Shown here in pieces: positions 51,353-59,732 of a stretch of DNA of 60,687 nucleotides. How positions within the stretch are numbered: position 1 is the first letter of the stretch; each line of letters opens with the position of its first letter. The notes under the pieces are model-generated. The model saw only the letters and a program-made list of their open reading frames with translations. It was not told the DNA's origin and made no database searches. A program made the position numbers and the translations under genes. The stretch comes from an uncultured virus (IMG/VR IMGVR_UViG_3300044641_009778) (taxonomy: Duplodnaviria; Heunggongvirae; Uroviricota; Caudoviricetes). The DNA is taken from IMG/VR virus record IMGVR_UViG_3300044641_009778, one strand, 5' to 3'.

Positions 51353-52065
51353 TGGCTCTAACTGTCAAAAGAGACTTTACCATACAAAATTTTTTAAGTG
51401 AGGTACGAACCAAAGGTTTAGCTCGCCCCATACATTTCGAGGTCAACTTTGGCCAACCCACTTGTGTAAAAAAATACGCTCAGGAAATAAGCCGGGTGTC
51501 TTTGATGTGTAAAAATGCGTCGTTGCCGATGACCAGAATTATTACCAGTCGTATGCAGTTTGCGGGCGCGCCGACCTATCGTCCCATCGGCGTAGACTAC
51601 GGCGGAGATAATTTAACCTTGACATTTTATGTTGACAGTCAAATGCGGGTAAAGGCGTTTTTCGATGAATGGGTTGATGGAATAGTAAATCGCGAAACCG
51701 GAAATTTGTATGATTCGAAAAACTATTTAAGTAATTTAAACGTAAAACAACTCAACTCTCAGGGGTTTGTTGAATACTACGCAAGTTTTGAAGACATCTA
51801 TCCAGTGGCAGTCAATCCATTGATACTAGATCATGGCAGCACTGGACAGGTTCACGAGCTTGCTGTAACCTTTAATTATCGACGCTGGAGATACGATCTC
51901 AGTGAATCTTCTTTGCAACCAGATGGCAAGTCATTGGTGCCGGAGAGTCAAACCAATAAACCGCCATCGGACGGAGGCGCCGGTGACAACAAAGGAAAAC
52001 GCAAACGCAATCGCGGCAATCGACGCGGCAATTCAATTAATCGAAATGTAGTTCGAAGTGCATAG
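51352..52065 (+). CDS. gp54: Baseplate tail tube initiator (gp19-fold)
   Basis: GLARP..FEV, LMCKNASLP, LTLTFYVD, IYPVAV and VTFNYRRW motifs; tube-protein paralogue at the gp54 position. Confidence 0.8.
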   Translation: MALTVKRDFTIQNFLSEVRTKGLARPIHFEVNFGQPTCVKKYAQEISRVSLMCKNASLPMTRIITSRMQFAGAPTYRPIGVDYGGDNLTLTFYVDSQMRVKAFFDEWVDGIVNRETGNLYDSKNYLSNLNVKQLNSQGFVEYYASFEDIYPVAVNPLILDHGSTGQVHELAVTFNYRRWRYDLSESSLQPDGKSLVPESQTNKPPSDGGAGDNKGKRKRNRGNRRGNSINRNVVRSA

Positions 52066-52087
52066 GTTTTAATTATCGAGGTGAATT

Positions 52088-52786
52088 ATGACATTACCAG
52101 TATTTGACGTACCGCAGTTTACTGCAATTTTACCCAGCAATGGCCAACGCGTAAGTTTTAGACCGTTTTTAGTTAAAGAACAAAAACAACTGCTCATGGC
52201 AGTTGCCGGTGGATTTGATGATCAGGTCACTGCGGTCAACAACATCATCGATGCCTGCACGTTCAATAAGTTAAATGCGCATCGGCTGCCATCGTTCGAC
52301 GTTGAATATTTGTTTCTGCAAATACGATCAAAAAGCATCGGTGAAAATGTGGAAATATTAGTAACCTGTGCTAACTGCGGGGAAAAGCACAAAAATATTC
52401 TGGACATTTCCAAGCTTGAAGCCAGTCGACCGGAAAATCACAGCAACACCATCGATCTCGGCAACAATGTGCTTGTGAAAATGGACTATCCTCGCCTAGA
52501 AGATCTAGAAATAGATCCCGATGTTCCCAACGTAGATCGCATAATTCAACTCATAGCAAGTTGTATACAAAGCATTTGGCAAGGCGAAGAAATGTTCGCG
52601 GCCGAAGATTACAGCATGGAGGAGCTCATTGAGTTTGTAGAGAATCTTAGTCCTGGTGGTCTGGAAAAGATCGAAGAGTTTTTCAAAACCATGCCGGTGA
52701 TTCAACACAAATTTATCTGGGACTGCGGTAAATGTGGGCATCACAACAACGTTGTCATGGAGGGACTACAAAATTTTTTCGGATAA
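52088..52786 (+). CDS. gp26: Baseplate hub assembly protein
   Basis: FRPFLVKEQKQLL, FDVEYLFLQIRSKSIGE, two CxxC pairs and EGLQNFF C-terminus. Confidence 0.92.
   Translation: MTLPVFDVPQFTAILPSNGQRVSFRPFLVKEQKQLLMAVAGGFDDQVTAVNNIIDACTFNKLNAHRLPSFDVEYLFLQIRSKSIGENVEILVTCANCGEKHKNILDISKLEASRPENHSNTIDLGNNVLVKMDYPRLEDLEIDPDVPNVDRIIQLIASCIQSIWQGEEMFAAEDYSMEELIEFVENLSPGGLEKIEEFFKTMPVIQHKFIWDCGKCGHHNNVVMEGLQNFFG
52774..52780 (+). promoter_or_regulatory. Candidate -1 ribosomal frameshift site T TTT TTC
   Basis: X XXY YYZ heptamer in the gp26 frame, one codon before the stop; the -1 frame is open into gp51. Confidence 0.6.
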
Positions 52787-52968
52787 TCCTTTCTCATGAA
52801 AGTCTGTTCAACTACTACCAAACTAATTTTGCTTTGATGCAGCATCATAAGTATAGCTTGACAGAACTAGAAAATATGCTTCCTTGGGAAAGGGAAATTT
52901 ATATAATGCTGTTGATAAACCACCTTGAAGAAGAAAATCAACGTCTACAACAAAAATCAAAGGGGTAA
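52780..52968 (+). CDS. gp51: Baseplate hub assembly chaperone (gp51-like); start uncertain, possibly expressed by frameshift
   Basis: HESLFNYYQTNFALMQHHKYSLTELENMLPWEREIYIMLL, matching the gp51 family of T4-like phages. Confidence 0.85.
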   Translation, partial: RIILSHESLFNYYQTNFALMQHHKYSLTELENMLPWEREIYIMLLINHLEEENQRLQQKSKG

Positions 52969-52971
52969 GAT

Positions 52972-53271
52972 ATGGCCGTAGTTAATCCTAAAGAAGACTG
53001 GATGCAGAACAAATGGCGTCCTGCCATGGGCTGGATGTACATGATCTGTTGTTTAGCAGACTTCGTAATTTTTCCCATCATGTTCACTATTGTGCAGTTC
53101 TGGGAAGCCGAAGCTGCCAATGATGCGTTCCGTCAATGGGCGCCCATTACGCTGCAGAGCGGCGGGTTCTTCCATATTGCCATGGGCGCTGTGCTGGGTA
53201 TTGCTGCTCACGGTCGCACCAAAGAAAAGACCGCAGCAATTGAAAACCACGTATCACAAGAAAAAGAGTAA
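52972..53271 (+). CDS. Putative holin (3TM / GTA-holin-like)
   Basis: W..KWRPAMGW motif, hydrophobic segments, C-terminal LG...GRTKEK; RBS AGGGG. Confidence 0.75.
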   Translation: MAVVNPKEDWMQNKWRPAMGWMYMICCLADFVIFPIMFTIVQFWEAEAANDAFRQWAPITLQSGGFFHIAMGAVLGIAAHGRTKEKTAAIENHVSQEKE

Positions 53272-53277
53272 TCCACC

Positions 53278-55263
53278 ATGGCGCGAGCACCCAAATCCCG
53301 AGGCATATCATTAGAAGAACTAATGGTGGCTCAACAACGCATGATCGAGGGCGGCAATCTAAGTGAACGTCAATCTGAGACAGCACAAAAGCAGATTGAA
53401 AAACTTACGGAAATTAAAACTGCCTTGGTTGGTCAGGAACAAGAAGCCGTCATGCTTAACAATGATGTGCGACGCATTACTCGACCTAAACGGGACTCGC
53501 GCAGCGTAGGCCTCGTAGATGTGCGCGATGAGATGCGAAATCTCAAAGACAATCTACGAGGTCTGCCCAAACTCATAGAAGACCAAAACGACAAAAACAA
53601 AAAAGTCGGAATGACCGACGATGAGGATCGCACCGCAGTGCTGCGCAGACTGGGCGACGTCATCGACGAAAAAATATCCCTGGATCGTGAAGGCAATCGC
53701 GATCAAGAATTAACGGCTCGCAACAAAGCCACGTTTGAAAAGTTTGTTGAAACAACCCAGCAACGTGAAAAGTTACTGGCCGATGCCGACGAAAAGCAGC
53801 GAGAGATATTCCAAAGTCTTGAAAAAACACTGCTAGAACTTCGCGAAGCCGGATCCGAAGACAGTGAAAAACTTCGCAAACAACTGGATAAACTTACCGG
53901 TAGACTTCAAGAAACCAAATCTAACGAAGCTCAGAAAAACATCAATGCTTTGCTGGAAAATGCCAAACGCACAGCCGGCCAAGGCGCCCGCGGTGACCGT
54001 GGAACCTTCGGCGATGCCCTGGCTGCGCTTACCGGACAGCGTGAAGTATTAAAGGCTGGTTATAGTCGTGAAGCGACTGCCTCCGGCACGCAGTATCGAG
54101 GACCACAGGGCATGGTTCGTCCCGAAGAAGCTCGTCAAGGACGAGTGCGAGGATTCGCCACCATTGTTGGCAATCTGGCTGCCGGCGGCTATGAACGCTA
54201 TCTTTCAAGCAAACGATCAACTCGAGTAGAAAACTTCTTTAATAGTTTCCGCACCACAGAAAGTCAAAACAGACTCGGTGAACTCCAGGGTCGCCAGGAA
54301 GAGTTGATGTCACGACTTGGCAGCGGCAACAATCAAGGCGAGCCCGCGGCGGCAGATCCCGGTGTATTCATGGGTAGACGCACACCGGCCGATGCCATGG
54401 CGCGCGACGGCGGAAAAAAACTAGCAGCCAATGTAGTAAACATCACAGCCAAGGCAGTCACGCTCAAAGGCCCAATTAAAACACCGGCAGCACCAACTTC
54501 ATCTGCAATGTCTGCCGCCACCAACAATCCGCTGTTTAGCGACGCCGGCGGCGTAAAATCCGAAAAAGAAGATGGTGCGGATCGCATTGTGCGCGCCATC
54601 AAAGAACTCACCGAAGAAATAAAAGGCAGTGCCATGGGTAGTGGTCCCGGTGGTCTTTTTGCTAGTTTATTAGATTTAATTACGGGACCAGGCAAAGGAC
54701 TTGCCTTACCAGTTATGCCGCTCGCAATAGCCGGCGGCATCGCGGCGACGGCGCTGATGGGAGCAGCAGTATCGACATACCAGGCCGGCGTAATGAATAT
54801 GCCGGGTGGGGAAAATCTGAAAAAATCCTATGAAAATCCCATGGTGGGTGCCATGGACCCCGACAATGCCATGGGTGCGCAAATACTTCAAAACATGCCG
54901 GCTGACCAACAAGAATATGAAGCTCGGCAAAAACAAATAGAAGAAAAACGCAAGAATCTTGAAAATGCTCCCTGGTATACTCGACTCTGGGGCATTGGTG
55001 AAAGTCAGTATCTGCGTGAACAGCAGCAGATTCAGGGTTCGGTACGAGAGGTCATGACTGGCCAAAATGTGCAGTCAAAGAGCACCATCAACAACATCAT
55101 GCGAGAGCAACCCAACCAACCAGTAATCATCACCACACCAGCACCGGCGGCAGCAGCGCCGAAGATTGAAAGCACCATCAACATGGCTCGTGCCGGTGTG
55201 CGTCCCGACGAAAACGGACTGCAACGCTACATGAACCGCACTCACGGTAGCTACATCTACTAA
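53278..55263 (+). CDS. Tape-measure-like baseplate hub protein (gp29-like)
   Basis: 661 aa, long coiled coil, one hydrophobic Gly/Ala segment, T4-like C-terminus; follows gp26/gp51. Confidence 0.6.
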   Translation: MARAPKSRGISLEELMVAQQRMIEGGNLSERQSETAQKQIEKLTEIKTALVGQEQEAVMLNNDVRRITRPKRDSRSVGLVDVRDEMRNLKDNLRGLPKLIEDQNDKNKKVGMTDDEDRTAVLRRLGDVIDEKISLDREGNRDQELTARNKATFEKFVETTQQREKLLADADEKQREIFQSLEKTLLELREAGSEDSEKLRKQLDKLTGRLQETKSNEAQKNINALLENAKRTAGQGARGDRGTFGDALAALTGQREVLKAGYSREATASGTQYRGPQGMVRPEEARQGRVRGFATIVGNLAAGGYERYLSSKRSTRVENFFNSFRTTESQNRLGELQGRQEELMSRLGSGNNQGEPAAADPGVFMGRRTPADAMARDGGKKLAANVVNITAKAVTLKGPIKTPAAPTSSAMSAATNNPLFSDAGGVKSEKEDGADRIVRAIKELTEEIKGSAMGSGPGGLFASLLDLITGPGKGLALPVMPLAIAGGIAATALMGAAVSTYQAGVMNMPGGENLKKSYENPMVGAMDPDNAMGAQILQNMPADQQEYEARQKQIEEKRKNLENAPWYTRLWGIGESQYLREQQQIQGSVREVMTGQNVQSKSTINNIMREQPNQPVIITTPAPAAAAPKIESTINMARAGVRPDENGLQRYMNRTHGSYIY

Positions 55264-55269
55264 GTAGAA

Positions 55270-55291
55270 AGCCCGGGCCGAAACCCGGGCT
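55270..55291. terminator. Rho-independent terminator between convergent gp29-like gene and gp32
   Basis: AGCCCGGG-ccgaaa-CCCGGGCT hairpin; on the minus strand the stem runs into TTTCT. Confidence 0.8.
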
Positions 55292-55308
55292 GTGCTGCTA
55301 AAACTACA

Positions 55309-56217
55309 TCAATCGTCGGAAGCTAGTTTGGCAAAATAGCTCAGACTTTCATCGTCATCTTCTTCGATGGCCGGTGCTTTAGGAGTCGGTGCTGCTGCTG
55401 TTTTAGCACGTGGCCGATCCGCTTCTTCCAGATCCATCGATTCAGCACGCTGCACAGCGGCCGAAGCGCCACTGAGTACAGCATCCAGCTTCCGCTTGAG
55501 CTCGTCGTAGCTCTTGAAGTTACTGGGATCAAGAAACTCCTGCAGACTGTGCTGGCTGTTCCAAACCTTCTCGATCTCTGCGTCATTGTCGTTCAACACC
55601 GACACAGCATCAAATTCACTCTTGTCGTAGTTGCGATAACCTTCGACATTGCGAATCTTGAGTTTAAAGTTTGCACCCTTCCAGAAGTCAAAAGGATTCA
55701 CCGGTGCTTCGTCTTCGAACTGCGGCTGCATAACATCCTTGATCTTGTCGAAGATTTTCTTGCCAAACTTAAACAGCTTGACCTTGCCTTCGTTTTCCGG
55801 ATGCTTGCTATCGCTGATGATTAAAACATTGCAAATGTAGCTAAGCTTGCGCTTTTGCTTACGTGCCACCTCTTTGTTGGCCTCGCTGCCGCTGTTCCAG
55901 AGCTCGTTGTTGAGTTCGGATACCGGATCAGGTTTGCCGATGGTGGTCAGTGAATTCTCAATGTACCACTTGCCGGTTGGACCCTGAAAGCCGTGATTCC
56001 AAATACGCACCCAAGGAAGCTCTTCACCTTTGGGCGGGGGCAGGAAACGAATTACTGCATAGCCATTGCCGGCTTTGTCAACTTCGGGTTGCCAAAAACG
56101 ATCGTCGTCCCGACTGTTGCTACCACCTTCGGGTTTGCCGATCTTTTCGACTTCCTTCATCAGATTGTCAAAATTGCCGCGGCTGCTGCGTAGTTCGCTT
56201 AGACTATTGAATGCCAT
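55309..56217 (-). CDS. gp32: Single-stranded DNA-binding protein
   Basis: DDRFW...DKAGNGYAVIRFLP, WYIENSLTT, FGKKIFDKI, PFDFWKGANFKLKIR..EGYRNYDKSEF motifs; acidic tail. Confidence 0.98.
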   Translation of the reverse strand: MAFNSLSELRSSRGNFDNLMKEVEKIGKPEGGSNSRDDDRFWQPEVDKAGNGYAVIRFLPPPKGEELPWVRIWNHGFQGPTGKWYIENSLTTIGKPDPVSELNNELWNSGSEANKEVARKQKRKLSYICNVLIISDSKHPENEGKVKLFKFGKKIFDKIKDVMQPQFEDEAPVNPFDFWKGANFKLKIRNVEGYRNYDKSEFDAVSVLNDNDAEIEKVWNSQHSLQEFLDPSNFKSYDELKRKLDAVLSGASAAVQRAESMDLEEADRPRAKTAAAPTPKAPAIEEDDDESLSYFAKLASDD

Positions 56218-56256
56218 TTTTGTTTCTCCTTGTATAAACGGTATATAAACGATGTA

Positions 56257-56433
56257 TTACTTGGTGTCGCCTTCATCTAGATCCAGCTCATCGTCGTCCT
56301 CAAAATCATCTTCTGAGGATAACATATTATATATGGTTTTAGGATGTTTGTCAATACGTCGTTGCTCTCTGAAATTCCGATAGCCTCGATGTTCTTCTTC
56401 GTAATCACTGTCACGAAACTTCCTTTGCATCAT
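56257..56433 (-). CDS. Small hypothetical protein with acidic tail (58 aa)
   Basis: Not in the ORF track. MMQRKFRDSDYEEEHRGYRNFREQRRIDKHPKTIYNMLSSEDDFEDDDELDLDEGDTK; RBS GAGGAG; fills the gap exactly. Confidence 0.75.
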   Translation of the reverse strand: MMQRKFRDSDYEEEHRGYRNFREQRRIDKHPKTIYNMLSSEDDFEDDDELDLDEGDTK

Positions 56434-56661
56434 TTACTCCTCGCTGCTTGACGAATCTACTCTGATGAACGGCCATTGACTGACACGTTGAGCTAGATAG
56501 GCCTGGTTCTTTCCTAATTGAATTATGAATCGGTGAGTGTCGCGCAACATATCGTGCAGGTGGTTAACCTCCAACAGCATGTCCTGCATTTTATGCTCCA
56601 ATGATGATAGGCGCTCCTCAGTCAGGTCCGGTAAATTCTCTGATAATTGATCGATATTCAT
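56434..56661 (-). CDS. Hypothetical coiled-coil protein
   Basis: 75-aa ORF packed between gp59 and the 58-aa ORF. Confidence 0.65.
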   Translation of the reverse strand: MNIDQLSENLPDLTEERLSSLEHKMQDMLLEVNHLHDMLRDTHRFIIQLGKNQAYLAQRVSQWPFIRVDSSSSEE

Positions 56662-57226
56662 TTTCTTTGATTTTTAGGAATGGACTGTATTTACGAATCA
56701 ATCTACGAAGGTCCGGCCACATCAGAGTATCGCTGCAGACCTGATCAACTGCATCGGTCCAATGTAAAACTTTGTCCAAAATAACCAGAGTTTCAATTTG
56801 AATTGAACGACGCAGATAGCAGCGCACAATCAAAGGATGCTGCCCACCTACGCTGATCAATGCATCCGCAATGTTATTTATTCCGGCTTCGTCGCATTCG
56901 GCCTGCAGAGCATGAAGATCCTGAGTAAATCTGTAGCGGAGACTTTCGCGTCGAGCCAGCCACTGCCGATAACATTCCGCAGCTTCGGCATCGTAAACAC
57001 CGCCCCAGCGATTGCCGTTGACAAAATTGGCTACAAAGAAGTCACAGATTTCTGCGTCTCGATACTGCGTAACCAGCTTTTTAAACACGCCTTGCTTTTC
57101 AGCAAATGTACGTCGACTGGCTCGAATGCGTCCCCGCATTTTAATGGCATCATAATCATCGGTTTGAAAATGATTGCGCAGAGCCAGGTACATTTTATAG
57201 GCTTCGTACTCTGTCATGTTCATCAT
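56618..57226 (-). CDS. gp59: Helicase loader
   Basis: EAYKMYLALRNHF...YD, FFVANF, HPLI, IETLVILD and KYSPFL motifs; gp33-gp59-gp32 synteny. Confidence 0.92.
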   Translation of the reverse strand: MMNMTEYEAYKMYLALRNHFQTDDYDAIKMRGRIRASRRTFAEKQGVFKKLVTQYRDAEICDFFVANFVNGNRWGGVYDAEAAECYRQWLARRESLRYRFTQDLHALQAECDEAGINNIADALISVGGQHPLIVRCYLRRSIQIETLVILDKVLHWTDAVDQVCSDTLMWPDLRRLIRKYSPFLKIKENEYRSIIREFTGPD

Positions 57227-57573
57227 AGCGGCAACCGACCACTGCGTTTCATCATATTGGCTTCCTCGGCTTCGATGCGAATTTTGTCTTTGAGACTGCG
57301 ATTAATCAGCGGTGCCACGACTTCAATGTCGATGTCTTTTTCTGCACAGTAATTGATCACAATCTCCATATAAGGCACTCCAGTTTCAACATGCTGTCGC
57401 TCCACGAACAAGCTAAACTCGTTGGCCGAACTAAACTCCCGACTAATGATGAACTGCGTAGTAATTTCCGGACCATTGTCGGGCACCAACCGCTCGTCTA
57501 CAATCTCACCTTTTTTATTTGTGAGCTGTAGACCGAGAATTTCTCTGGTGGCAATGCGTTCGTTGATGGGCAT
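57223..57573 (-). CDS. gp33: Late transcription coactivator
   Basis: FSLFVE...YMEIVINYCAEKDIDIEVVAPLINRSLKDKIRIEAEEANMM motif. Confidence 0.9.
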   Translation of the reverse strand: MPINERIATREILGLQLTNKKGEIVDERLVPDNGPEITTQFIISREFSSANEFSLFVERQHVETGVPYMEIVINYCAEKDIDIEVVAPLINRSLKDKIRIEAEEANMMKRSGRLPL

Positions 57574-57574
57574 G

Positions 57575-58492
57575 TTACACCGCCACTGGAGTTACATCAT
57601 TGGCTGGTTGTGGCTGGCGCTGCAGTTCCGGTATCGGACCCTGAGCAAAGGTAGCCACGGCTGCTAAATCGCAGACATACTCATAGGTTCCGACGTGTAC
57701 GGTGCGAGTCCAGGGAGCCAACCAAACCTTGCCGCCGAGTTGACGCCAGCGTTTGCAGAAGGTAAAATCCTCGCTGGTATAGGCTCGAGTTTCTGGATCG
57801 ATGCTGACATCAAAATAGGCATGCGCCTTGCGATGCGGATCCGTGATGCGAGTCATGGTCTTGGGATCCATGGTCTCTGAACCGCCGCTGATGATTTCAA
57901 TCTCCGGCAATTCTGCGGCCATCTTTTCAAATACTTCGCGTTTAACCAACATCAGGCCTGTGGCGATGCTTTCTACTTCTACGGGCTCATTGATGTTGAA
58001 GCTCATGGTTTCTCCCACGGGCTTGAAGGTGGATTCGGCCACTACAGCGTTGATGGAATGACCAGGAATACCAGGATTCATGTTCACTACATTCTTTACC
58101 ACTTCCCAGTTGATTTTTTTCTTGGCGTACTGACCGCCGATGATGTCCTTGTCCTGCTGGATCATGCGCATCACATCGTCGGGATCAAAGCCCAGGTCGG
58201 CGTCGAGGAACAGCAGGTGTGTGGCGTTGCTTTTGAGAAAGCCTTCCACTAGAATATTGCGAGCCTTGGTAATCAAACTTTCATTGGCAGCGATTTCAAA
58301 CATCGCTGGAATGCCGGCCTGGCCCAGTCGGTTCAGCAGGTTGATCAAACTGATCATATACATGTAGTTACACTGGCCGCCGAACATCGGTGTAGCAATA
58401 AAAACGCTTTTCTGCTTCGGTGGCTGTGGTTTGTTGATGAACAGCGGATTGATTTGACGATTAGGGTTGCGCTGCGGCGCCTTGAGTTTCAT
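57575..58492 (-). CDS. Putative GT-A fold glycosyltransferase
   Basis: VFIATP, ESLITKARN, HLLFLDAD (DxD), TGLMLVKREVFE, SEDFTFC and HVG motifs. Confidence 0.75.
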   Translation of the reverse strand: MKLKAPQRNPNRQINPLFINKPQPPKQKSVFIATPMFGGQCNYMYMISLINLLNRLGQAGIPAMFEIAANESLITKARNILVEGFLKSNATHLLFLDADLGFDPDDVMRMIQQDKDIIGGQYAKKKINWEVVKNVVNMNPGIPGHSINAVVAESTFKPVGETMSFNINEPVEVESIATGLMLVKREVFEKMAAELPEIEIISGGSETMDPKTMTRITDPHRKAHAYFDVSIDPETRAYTSEDFTFCKRWRQLGGKVWLAPWTRTVHVGTYEYVCDLAAVATFAQGPIPELQRQPQPANDVTPVAV

Positions 58493-58495
58493 GAT

Positions 58496-58696
58496 TTACC
58501 ATTCTCCATTGTCGATGTCGACATTTAGTTTAAAAAGCAAGCAATTCAATCGAACAGTGGGGTAGTCTTTGCGACAGCCCCAACTGTCTTCATAGTATAT
58601 ATCTAGTTTCCACCACCGCCAGTGTGCAGGATTTAGTATTATTATAAATTCGGCGGTGGTGTACGTCAATAGCTTTCGCCAATTTTTCATCTTCAA
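58496..58696 (-). CDS. Hypothetical protein
   Basis: 66-aa ORF filling the gap between neighbouring genes with overlapping start/stop. Confidence 0.55.
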   Translation of the reverse strand: MKMKNWRKLLTYTTAEFIIILNPAHWRWWKLDIYYEDSWGCRKDYPTVRLNCLLFKLNVDIDNGEW

Positions 58697-59250
58697 TAAA
58701 ATACGTGATTTCCAATTTTAGCCTTGGGTGGCTTTTTCCAGCCTGGATTAACATAGGTGGCATGGAAGTATTTTGCGCCGCGCAGTTCTGGTAACCGCAC
58801 GCCGTCCAACATGACTCGGCGCGCTACACGCAGGCTTTCATCATAGAGATGTGGTGCTCGGATGCGTTTGTTGCCTTCACAAACCCAGCTGAACTGACAC
58901 ACAGTTACGCCTTCGTAGTTGGTCTTTTGATGTACAACGCCGCAGACCGAAGCAGGAAATTGACCGCTGTGAACTCGGTTCATGGTGACCTGAGCTACGG
59001 CAATTTTACCTTTGATGGGCTCGCTGGCACTTTCAAAGTATACATTGCGAGCCAGGCAGGTAATTTCTCGATTAAGTTTGACCTCGGCCAGCTTCTTTTG
59101 ATGTCGCTGTTCCGCGATGCGTTGACTTTCCTGCTGCTGCAGCTGTCGAGCCTCGGCCTGGGTATGATACAATACATTGATGCCGGCGGCAAACACCGAC
59201 AATAGAATGGTTGCTACTAAAAAACGTCGAACAAAGTGTCTGTTCAGCAT
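58693..59250 (-). CDS. Cell wall hydrolase, SleB/Hydrolase_2 family, with N-terminal membrane anchor
   Basis: CLARNVYFES..EP..GKIAVAQVTMNRV...FP.SVCGVVHQ...CQFSW...YFHATYVNPGW...IGNHVFY; hydrophobic residues ~10-28. Confidence 0.92.
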   Translation of the reverse strand: MLNRHFVRRFLVATILLSVFAAGINVLYHTQAEARQLQQQESQRIAEQRHQKKLAEVKLNREITCLARNVYFESASEPIKGKIAVAQVTMNRVHSGQFPASVCGVVHQKTNYEGVTVCQFSWVCEGNKRIRAPHLYDESLRVARRVMLDGVRLPELRGAKYFHATYVNPGWKKPPKAKIGNHVFY

Positions 59251-59269
59251 GAGTTCTCCTTGTTAAGAA

Positions 59270-59287
59270 GGTACGCCGCGGCGTACC
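59270..59287 (-). terminator. GC-rich palindromic hairpin, possible terminator upstream of the hydrolase gene
   Basis: Perfect 18-bp palindrome GGTACGCCGCGGCGTACC followed by TTCTT on the minus strand. Confidence 0.6.
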
Positions 59288-59297
59288 GTTCCCCCAA

Positions 59298-59567
59298 TCA
59301 GGCAGATTTTTTGCTTACTTTATCTGAGGGTGTGTTGGAAACAAAACCATTGAGGCTTTGAGCCTTGGTAATGACTTCGTTTTCTGTGGGGTAGGGTGGC
59401 AGTGTTGGATGTTCAGGTATTGCTTGTCCGTGTATTTTGGCGGACTCTACCTTAACTTGCCAGTCTTGACTAATTTGATCACGCTTACCATAGTACTCTT
59501 CGGTAAGCATTTCCTTCGCCATTTTTAGAAGTTCAAGGCGAATCTCGAACGGTGTCAGATTTGACAT
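59298..59567 (-). CDS. Conserved phage hypothetical protein
   Basis: TPFEIRLELLKMAKEML...YPTENEVITKAQSLNGFVS; RBS AAAGG. Confidence 0.8.
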   Translation of the reverse strand: MSNLTPFEIRLELLKMAKEMLTEEYYGKRDQISQDWQVKVESAKIHGQAIPEHPTLPPYPTENEVITKAQSLNGFVSNTPSDKVSKKSA

Positions 59568-59657
59568 GGTATTACCTTTCTGTGTTGTGAGTGATGTAGC
59601 TGGTTTTAAAACAGGCCCAGCAACTGCTATTATTATATATCTATACTAGAAAGTCAA

Positions 59658-59732
59658 TCAACGATTGGCAATGTACATGGTGATTTCGAAACCAAAACGC
59701 ATGTCTTGAGCTGAGGGTGTGGTCCACTTCAT
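59658..59732 (-). CDS. pqqA: Pyrroloquinoline quinone precursor peptide (24 aa)
   Basis: Not in the ORF track. MKWTTPSAQDMRFGFEITMYIANR*, with the W-x-x-P leader and G-F-E-x-T-M-Y (ExxxY) core of PqqA; strong RBS AGGAG 6 nt upstream. Confidence 0.95.
   Translation of the reverse strand: MKWTTPSAQDMRFGFEITMYIANR

Noticed and set aside
59632..59657. Sigma70 promoter TTGACT...TATAAT upstream of the 89-aa gene
   Set aside because: The spacer to TATAAT is only 14 nt, too short to call with confidence.
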